Assembly (NCBI GenBank): GCA_031366795.1
Contig: JANLOX010000247.1
Span: forward strand, 1-11,365
Length of the DNA stretch: 11,365 nt
DNA from: Candidatus Eiseniibacteriota bacterium
GTDB taxonomy: Bacteria > Eisenbacteria > RBG-16-71-46
Direction: 5' to 3'
Of this stretch, positions 5,601 to 11,365 are shown in pieces. Position numbers and translations under genes: made by a program. How positions within the stretch are numbered: position 1 is the first letter of the stretch; each line of letters opens with the position of its first letter. The notes under the pieces are model-generated. The model saw nothing but the letters and a program-made list of their open reading frames with translations. It ran no database searches and was not told the origin of the DNA.

Positions 5601-7579
5601 AGTTGCAGACTCTCGCGTCCGCGCTCGCACTCATGATAATGGCCGCAACCGCTGCGCATGCGCGCAAAACTCCCAATGTGCGCGGCGCCACCATGCTGGG
5701 CCCCGACGGGTCGCGCGCGGGTAGCGTCGTTGCGCGCGTCGCCGCCGGACGCGCGACGCCGTTCTCCGCCGTCACGCCGCAGGCGAACTTCTTCAACGTG
5801 CCGCTGGCCGTTGGCGCCGAGCAGGTCGACTCGACCTACTACGACCTGCAGGACATGGGCTCGCTCGGCACACGCATCGCAGTAGGGTCGAACGGCATCG
5901 TGCATGTCACCTACATGAAGGACTTCTGCGAGACCAATGGCCTGTGCCCGCCGAATCCCGCGGCGCCGGATCCCTTCCCGTATCGCGGCATGGGCTACGC
6001 CTATCGCGTGAACGGCGTGTGGTCGCGGCCTGGCAAGGTGCAGGACACGCGGCTCAATTGCCCGCAGTGCGTGCCCGAGCATCTCGGAGGCTTCGGCTCG
6101 TTGACACTGAGTCCCTCCGGACAGATCGGCATCGCGCAACACATGAATGAAGACGGCTGCCTGCGTCGCGGCGATCTCTATCTCGAAGACTCGCCCGGAG
6201 GCTCGACGTGGAGCGGCTACCTGACGCCGCTCGTTCAGTCGCCGCCGGATCCGAGCTACCTGGAATTCCCGCAAGCGGTCGCCAACCCGAACGGCTCCTT
6301 CACGCTGCTGGCGGAGTCGCCGCGCGGCGGTGTGTACGACGGCGTGGTCGACTTCCGCACGGCGTACCTCGCCGCACCCGGGGCCAAGTTCACCTGCCCG
6401 CTCGGCTGGCAGTTCGGCGCGTGGACCAAGGTTGCTCCCATCACGCTGTTCCGCGACAGCGTGCCCGGGTTCCCTTCGATCGCCTCATCGAGCAACGGCC
6501 GCGTCGGCATCGCCGCGACAAGCTTCGGCGGCGACGTCTACCTGATGGAGTCGAGCAACGGCAGCTTCGCCGCGGGAACCATCGTCATTCGCAAGCTCAC
6601 GAACTACACCGACGCCTCGGTCACTGCCGTCGACTCGACGTCGGCGCAGTACCGTCCTTACATCCATTGCCACGTCGCCTACAACGACACCACGCCGAAC
6701 GTGGTATGGAGCGAACTCCAGGCGCGCCGCATCGGTGGCCAGCTCCAGTACTTCGGTTACAGGCCGCGCATCATGCACTGGGATCCGGTGCGTGGCGTCG
6801 AGGCCGTGAAGCAGGTCGCCCTGGGCGAGGCGGACCGTTATGACGAAGTCGATCGGGGTCTCAGCGGCCCGCTGGCGGGACAGAATACGCTGCAGGTCGA
6901 CTGGCCGCAGGTCGGCTTCTCGAACACGGGGATCGAGACGTACGTCGCGTGGCTGCGGTTCACCGACAACGAAGTCGACCCGACCGCCGACATGGGGCTG
7001 CCCGGAATCGTGACCGGCATCGGCTTCGGTGACATCGCGGCGAGCGCCACACGTCCCGGCGACGGCTGGTCGGCCGCGCAGAACCTGACCAACACGCCCA
7101 ACACCGACGAACGCTTCTTCTCGATCGCGCCGCGCAATGGCGGCGGCAAGATCCATTTGGTGTACGAGGCCTCGGCGACCAACCAGGCCGGCGACGCGAT
7201 TCTCGGCGATCGCGGCACAACGCCCGGCATCCTGCTGCGCCGCATCGCCTACCTGAACGCGCCGTTGTCGGCGAGCCAGTTGACGTCGGTGGATTCACGC
7301 CCGCGGTTGTTCGCGAGCTCGGTCATCGCCTCGCCAAACCCCGCATCGACCGGGGTGCGGTTTGCGGTGTCGAGCGGCGCGCACGCCGGACCGGATGCCG
7401 TGATCGACATCTACACGGTGAATGGCCGTCATGTTGCGCGCGTCTTGGCACTCGGTGACGGTGCGTTCGCCTGGAATGGCCGCGAAGTGGGCGGTGGCCG
7501 CGCTCAAGCGGGCGTGTACTTCGCCCGGATCAGCGGAACCAGTGGTATCGGCCCCGTGCAGTTCACGTTACTCCCGTAG
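5597..7579 (+). CDS. Secreted protein of unknown function (probable beta-propeller-like body) with C-terminal FlgD-Ig/T9SS type A-like domain
   Basis: Sec/SPI signal MKLQTLASALALMIMAATAAHA. Repeated beta-rich blade-like segments (IAVGSNGIVHVTY, PSIASSSNGRVGIA, PNVVWSE, WSAAQNLTNTP, GKIHLVYE). C-terminus SPNP...IDIYTVNGRHV...WNGRE..G.RAQAGVYFARI. Confidence 0.85.
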   Translation: MKLQTLASALALMIMAATAAHARKTPNVRGATMLGPDGSRAGSVVARVAAGRATPFSAVTPQANFFNVPLAVGAEQVDSTYYDLQDMGSLGTRIAVGSNGIVHVTYMKDFCETNGLCPPNPAAPDPFPYRGMGYAYRVNGVWSRPGKVQDTRLNCPQCVPEHLGGFGSLTLSPSGQIGIAQHMNEDGCLRRGDLYLEDSPGGSTWSGYLTPLVQSPPDPSYLEFPQAVANPNGSFTLLAESPRGGVYDGVVDFRTAYLAAPGAKFTCPLGWQFGAWTKVAPITLFRDSVPGFPSIASSSNGRVGIAATSFGGDVYLMESSNGSFAAGTIVIRKLTNYTDASVTAVDSTSAQYRPYIHCHVAYNDTTPNVVWSELQARRIGGQLQYFGYRPRIMHWDPVRGVEAVKQVALGEADRYDEVDRGLSGPLAGQNTLQVDWPQVGFSNTGIETYVAWLRFTDNEVDPTADMGLPGIVTGIGFGDIAASATRPGDGWSAAQNLTNTPNTDERFFSIAPRNGGGKIHLVYEASATNQAGDAILGDRGTTPGILLRRIAYLNAPLSASQLTSVDSRPRLFASSVIASPNPASTGVRFAVSSGAHAGPDAVIDIYTVNGRHVARVLALGDGAFAWNGREVGGGRAQAGVYFARISGTSGIGPVQFTLLP

Positions 7580-7664
7580 TTCAAATGACGGCGAAGCCGC
7601 GACGCACCGCGCCTTGAACGCCGCTTTAACGATACGTCGTGCGATTCACTGGAGGATGTGCACC

Positions 7665-8414
7665 ATGTCGCTTATGAAGGCTCTCATCATCTCGCTCACG
7701 CTCACCCTGTGCCTCACAGCCGCCGCATTCGCGGGATCGCTGGCCGAAGAGCACGTGACCGGCGGCCATCTCGACCTGGTGTGGGTGCCCGGCTTCGCCA
7801 CTCCGAACAACATGTACGCCAAGACGCTGGACGTGTCGGACCCGGCATACAACAACCCTTCCGGTGACCACACGGTCGCCGTGGCGCAGAACGCTTCGCC
7901 CGACAGTGGCGGCATCATCGTGACGGTGACGGATCCAGGCGCTGTCGGTCCCGACTACTCGTGGGAAGGCTGGTTCTTCACCGGCGACGGCAATACGCGC
8001 CGCGGCCTGATCCTGCGCGCGAACCCGACCAACAACTTCACCTCGTGCTACCAGATGGTGATCGAGGCGGGACTGTTCCAGATCCGCTTCCGCAAGTTGC
8101 TGAACCGCACGCCCACGGGGCTCGCGACGTGGTTCGCCACGGCCTTGCCGGCCGGCAGCATTCCCGCCAACACCTGGCACAAGATGAAGGTGGTGGCGAC
8201 GGGCAGCGAATTCCGTTGCTACTTCGACGACTTCGAGCTGACCAGCGCGCCGATCGTCGACACCGACTACCCCACGGGCTGGGTCGGCGTTTACAACTTC
8301 CGCTTCGACCTGGGCAATGTTCCGGTCTACTTCGACGACATGCTACTGAACGCCGACGTCGCGACGCCGACGCAGCGCAACACCTGGGGCGCCTTGAAGC
8401 AGCGCTTCCGCTAA
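7665..8414 (+). CDS. Secreted ConA-like beta-sandwich protein (DUF1080/GH16-like fold), 249 aa, with TWGxxK C-terminal tail
   Basis: GGAGG at 7651-7655 precedes ATG 7665 (the track start at 7422 overlaps the upstream gene). Signal peptide ends AAFA. Motifs RGLILRA, NTWHKMKVVATGSEFRCYFDD, GWVGV, VYFDDM. Ends TPTQRNTWGALKQRFR. Confidence 0.8.
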   Translation: MSLMKALIISLTLTLCLTAAAFAGSLAEEHVTGGHLDLVWVPGFATPNNMYAKTLDVSDPAYNNPSGDHTVAVAQNASPDSGGIIVTVTDPGAVGPDYSWEGWFFTGDGNTRRGLILRANPTNNFTSCYQMVIEAGLFQIRFRKLLNRTPTGLATWFATALPAGSIPANTWHKMKVVATGSEFRCYFDDFELTSAPIVDTDYPTGWVGVYNFRFDLGNVPVYFDDMLLNADVATPTQRNTWGALKQRFR

Positions 8415-8510
8415 CGAACACACGCTGCGGACATGAATCGCCAGCGTTGATGTTCGCGGCGATCGCTCGCGCGACGCGCTCACGCTGTCGCTCCGTGCGC
8501 TATCGTTACC

Positions 8511-8885
8511 TCAAGCCGTCGTGTCGGGCGTGCGTCCGAGTTGTGATCGCACGAGTTGCACCGCTGCCGCGGGGTCCTCGACCTCGACGATCAATCGTTC
8601 GTATCGCTCATGGTTCAAGTCGATCGCGATGGCATTGTCGGGGTTGTGGACGTCCCAGAACACCAGCCCGCCCTGCTGGTAGAAGGTGCCCGCGGTGAGC
8701 ATGCCTGGAATCCACGAGCCCGCGAGTTTCATTCCGTCGAACCAGCCGCGCGCGGCACCCGGCTCGGCGCGCACCGCCCTGACATGTTCGAGCGGAATCT
8801 CGAGCCGGCTGCGCAGGCTCCACAGCTTGTCGAAACCCAGCACTTCGAGGACGAGTTTCGATCCTTCGATCGTGATGGCGACCAT
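8511..8885 (-). CDS. Conserved hypothetical protein, 124 aa (possibly bacterial PH-like fold)
   Basis: MVAITIEGSKLVLEVLGFDKLWSLRSRLEIPLEHVRAV...GSWIPG...AGTFY...FWDV...YERLIVEVEDP resembles a widespread small uncharacterised family. ATG 8885 follows a G-rich RBS and starts 10 nt after the hydrolase stop. The track's 9188 start overlaps that gene. Confidence 0.75.
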   Translation of the reverse strand: MVAITIEGSKLVLEVLGFDKLWSLRSRLEIPLEHVRAVRAEPGAARGWFDGMKLAGSWIPGMLTAGTFYQQGGLVFWDVHNPDNAIAIDLNHERYERLIVEVEDPAAAVQLVRSQLGRTPDTTA

Positions 8886-8895
8886 GGCGACCCCC

Positions 8896-9426
8896 CTACA
8901 GTAGAAGTTGTCCGAGCAGTTGATGGCCTTGGGCCCAAGGCCCGTGACCCGAAGCGGTGTTGATGTGCCCGGCATCGCCGATGGAGGTGAACGCGCTGCC
9001 CCACGCCGTGGCGAACTGTTGCGCCCGCGCAATGCTGACCAGCGGGTCGTTGGTGCTGGCGACGACATGCGATGGATAGGGTAGTCGCTCCAGCGGAGTG
9101 GGCGCGAAGCACCGTATTTCCTCAGGCGTGCTCGCGGCTTCGGCATCAGCGGGTGCGACGAGTAGGGCCCCCGCGACACGGCCCGCACCGTGGCGCATTG
9201 TCCAATGCGCGATCGTCATGCAACCGAGGCTATGCCCCGCGAGCACGACGTTGCCGTCGCAGCGGGCGATCGCGGCATCCAGTGCGGCGACCCACTCTTC
9301 CAGCGATGGTTGATCCCAGTCGCGCTGTTCGAGGCGCAAGTACTCGGTATGCGCGCGCTGCCAGTGCGAGTGCCAATGGTCGGGGCCTGAACCGGTGAAG
9401 CCGGGGACGAGCAGGACCGTGTTCAC
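8896..9426 (-). CDS. RBBP9/YdeN-family alpha/beta hydrolase, 176 aa
   Basis: VPGFTGSGPDHW, nucleophile GHSLG, LLVAP, ASTNDP (Asp), AGHIN (His). GTG at 9426 is preceded by GAGGA, so it is preferred over 9543. Confidence 0.92.
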   Translation of the reverse strand: MNTVLLVPGFTGSGPDHWHSHWQRAHTEYLRLEQRDWDQPSLEEWVAALDAAIARCDGNVVLAGHSLGCMTIAHWTMRHGAGRVAGALLVAPADAEAASTPEEIRCFAPTPLERLPYPSHVVASTNDPLVSIARAQQFATAWGSAFTSIGDAGHINTASGHGPWAQGHQLLGQLLL

Positions 9427-9441
9427 GCGAAGTCCTCGTGA

Positions 9442-9531
9442 GTGGGCATGGCGTGCGCGCGCGAACGTGGCGCGAGGTTCACGAGCCGCGTCACGTTCGC
9501 CGCGGTCGTCGTGCGCAGCGCCACCTGCCAC
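9442..9531. repeat. Long imperfect intergenic inverted repeat (stem-loop)
   Basis: Core arms GCGAACGTGGCGCG (9461-9474) / CGCGTCACGTTCGC (9487-9500), 13 of 14 complementary. Outer arms TGGCGTGCGC / GCGCAGCGCCA and GTGGGCA / TGCCAC. Confidence 0.7.
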
Positions 9532-9549
9532 ATGGGGAGTCATCGGGGG

Positions 9550-10740
9550 TTACCGCTGCCAGTCATCCCGCGGCATGATTCTTCGCATGAACTCGTCGAA
9601 CAGCGGGACCGTGAACGCCGTATCGCCGTGACTCGGGCTCCAGATCATTCCCTTCGAAATGAGCTGGTTCCGGATCGGACCGAGAGATGTCACTTTTCGC
9701 ACGAGTCGTTCGGCAATGTCCCCTGAACGGTGGGGTCCGGGACCGAGTTCCGCCATCGCGCGCAGATATTTTTTCTCTGTTGGCGTCAGACGGTCAAAGC
9801 GCACACGAAAGAAACTCTCATCCAGTGCGGCAATCGCGAAAGCTGTTGCGGAGAGAACATCCTTCAGCGTGATCGGGGATTCCGTTGCGACATCCCAGGT
9901 GTGCTTCCCCCACTCCTGCAAGAAGTAGGGATATCCATGCGTCTGGCGCACGAGTTCTTCCACAGCCGCTGACTCGAACAGCACGTTGAGCTCAGCAGCA
10001 GGTTTCTCGATTGCCAGTCTTGCCGCCGACTCCGGCAGGGGACCGAGCTCGGGGAAATCGAAAAGTCGCTCCGCGTACGATTTGGCTTTCCCCATGCGAC
10101 CTCTTAACTGAGGAAGCCCCGCCCCGACAACGGAAATGGGGCGGCCTTGTTGCGCGCAACGGTGTAACGATGTAATCAACGCCTCGAGTTGCTTCTCCTC
10201 CACGTACTGCAGTTCGTCGACGAACAGGATCAGCGCAGTTTCCGCCCTTGAAGCGGCCAGTCCTGCGGCGTCCAGCAGCACAGGCAGATCCTGTTCAAGG
10301 TCTCCGTTGTCGGCGAGCCCCGCTTCCGCCTCGAAATCGAATCCCACTTCAATGTCGTCGTACTTGAGCTTCAGTGCTTTCGCGAATCCCGCGAGGGCCC
10401 TGAGTCCCCGTTGCGCGACGTCGCGCGCGCGTTCGACCCGGCTGAGTCGAAGTAGTGCCTGCCGTAGTTGAGGCGCCAACAAGGCAGGTAGCGACCGGCC
10501 TTCGGGAGCTTCTATACGGATCGAGTGGATTCCCGTAGCCTCGGCATCGTCACGCATCCGATCCAGCAGCACCGTCTTGCCGACACCCCTGAGCCCGACC
10601 ATCAGCACGCTCTTGGCGGGGTTCCCAAGACGAAGCCGAGCAATCGCGATTCGAACGGTCTCGCGAATTTCATCTCGCCCGGCGAGTTCTGGCGGCTGGC
10701 TTCCAGCGCCAGGAGCGTAGGGGTTCGTGACCGGGTCCAT
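9550..10740 (-). CDS. AAA_16/STAND-like P-loop ATPase with C-terminal winged-helix-like domain
   Basis: N-terminal NPYAPGAG..PPELAGRD, Walker A GLRGVGKT, Walker B LILFVDELQ, GYPYFLQ (GxP), C-terminal LTPTEKKYLRAMA...GDIAERL...RNQLISKGMIW...FTVPLFDEF. Confidence 0.9.
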   Translation of the reverse strand: MDPVTNPYAPGAGSQPPELAGRDEIRETVRIAIARLRLGNPAKSVLMVGLRGVGKTVLLDRMRDDAEATGIHSIRIEAPEGRSLPALLAPQLRQALLRLSRVERARDVAQRGLRALAGFAKALKLKYDDIEVGFDFEAEAGLADNGDLEQDLPVLLDAAGLAASRAETALILFVDELQYVEEKQLEALITSLHRCAQQGRPISVVGAGLPQLRGRMGKAKSYAERLFDFPELGPLPESAARLAIEKPAAELNVLFESAAVEELVRQTHGYPYFLQEWGKHTWDVATESPITLKDVLSATAFAIAALDESFFRVRFDRLTPTEKKYLRAMAELGPGPHRSGDIAERLVRKVTSLGPIRNQLISKGMIWSPSHGDTAFTVPLFDEFMRRIMPRDDWQR

Positions 10741-10746
10741 ATCGGA

Positions 10747-10772
10747 TTTATAGCATAGTTAGTTAAATTATA
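10747..10772 (-). promoter_or_regulatory. Candidate promoter elements for the ATPase gene
   Basis: On the minus strand, a perfect TATAAT at 10772-10767 and TG-C-TATAAA at 10755-10747, 6 nt before the ATG. No obvious SD or well-spaced -35. Confidence 0.45.
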
Positions 10773-10840
10773 CGCAGGAGATAATTTGACTAATTTTAGT
10801 ACAAACACTCTTGAGAGATTGAAATTTTCCGTCAAGATTG

Positions 10841-10873
10841 AGCACAAGTCATTGTATTGCAATTACTTGTGCT
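10841..10873. repeat. 33-bp inverted repeat at the edge of the AT-rich spacer
   Basis: AGCACAAGT-C-ATTG-TATTG-CAAT-T-ACTTGTGCT, 13 of 14 arm positions complementary. Confidence 0.75.
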
Positions 10874-10916
10874 TGTCGTGGGTCTGCCGAAGCGAGCGCA
10901 GTCGAAGGCGTTGTTC

Positions 10917-11363
10917 CTAGCGACGGCCCTTGGATCGGGACCTTGCCGGCTTCGCCACGTTCGCGCGATCCGCCGCGGTCACCAGCGCCTTCGGCACCGA
11001 GACCTCCAGCGCCAGCAGCGCGTGCGACAGCGTCTTGCCCTGCGCATCGAGCCGCAACGACACCGTGCCGCCGCCGCCGAGCGATTGCTCGAGCAGGAAG
11101 TTGAGTGCCCACAGGTTCGGCACTTCGTGACGCGTCACCCTGCCGAAGCAGATGCCCTTGAAGCGGCGCTTCACCGCCGTCGCCGTCAGCGCACGCTTGA
11201 GCCAGGGGTAGGCTTCCGGCGTGCGCGCGATGATGCCGATGTTGCAGGTGTCGCCCTTGTCGCCGCTGCGGCCATGGGCGATGCGCGACAGCGGCACCGT
11301 GACGCGCTTGGCGGAGCCCTTGAGGGCAGGCCAATTCTCGCGCGGCAGGCGTTCGGGGGACCC
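10917..11363 (-). CDS. C-terminal part of an AtuA-family (acyclic terpene utilisation/DUF1446-related) protein, 5'-truncated by window edge
   Basis: IAHGRSGDKGDTCNIGIIAR, RHEVPNLWALNFLLEQSLGGGGTVSLRLDAQGKT are AtuA C-terminal domain motifs. The frame stays open upstream of 11297 to the edge (GSPERLPRENWPALKGSAKRVTVPL), so the real start is probably outside the window. Confidence 0.85.
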   Translation of the reverse strand, partial: GSPERLPRENWPALKGSAKRVTVPLSRIAHGRSGDKGDTCNIGIIARTPEAYPWLKRALTATAVKRRFKGICFGRVTRHEVPNLWALNFLLEQSLGGGGTVSLRLDAQGKTLSHALLALEVSVPKALVTAADRANVAKPARSRSKGRR

Positions 11364-11365
11364 CG

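Noticed and set aside
6059..6082. CPQCVPEH as a c-type cytochrome haem-attachment site
   Set aside because: Not CxxCH: the His is four residues after the second Cys.
7422..7664. N-terminal extensions given in the ORF track (also 8886-9188, 9427-9543, 3072-3161)
   Set aside because: They overlap neighbouring genes, promoters or hairpins. Downstream starts have better RBS, promoter or signal-peptide support.
8409..8511. Integron attC site
   Set aside because: AAC/GTT ends are present but the flanks fit RYYYAAC/GTTRRRY poorly, the flanking genes are convergent, and there is no cassette array or integrase.
10602..10862. 86-aa ORF across the AT-rich spacer
   Set aside because: Overlaps the ATPase start out of frame, has no RBS or motif, and the region looks regulatory.
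1..11365. CRISPR array, tRNA/rRNA, riboswitch
   Set aside because: No regularly spaced direct repeats or recognisable RNA gene motifs seen by eye, and no cobalamin riboswitch motif upstream of the TBDR. A covariance-model scan was not possible.

Overview
GC-rich bacterial window containing 12 protein-coding genes, two of them truncated by the window edges. From left to right: the 3' end of a DUF2079-like membrane protein gene; a NarL-type two-component pair (multi-TM HisKA_3 kinase plus REC-LuxR regulator); a minus-strand DUF4258 toxin / MqsA-like Zn-finger-HTH antitoxin pair with a clear promoter-operator; and a plus-strand three-gene cluster. That cluster encodes a TonB-dependent receptor carrying both signature histidines of haem receptors, a 660-aa Cys/His-rich secreted protein with a FlgD-Ig/T9SS-like C-terminal domain, and a 249-aa secreted ConA/DUF1080-like protein ending in a 'TWGxxK' tail. 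Converging on it from the right are a small conserved hypothetical gene, a YdeN/RBBP9 hydrolase, a stand-alone AAA/STAND-like ATPase behind a very AT-rich spacer, and the 3' end of an AtuA-family gene. The best candidate for an undescribed system is a haem/metal-chelate uptake locus: a His-rich intramembrane sensor, a haem-type TBDR, and two surface proteins with two different C-terminal tags. A TA module splits this locus. The C-terminal tags suggest an Eisenbacteria/Latescibacterota-like host (inference only). No RNA genes, CRISPR arrays, transposases or integrases were seen. All family calls come from motif recognition by eye, not from database searches.
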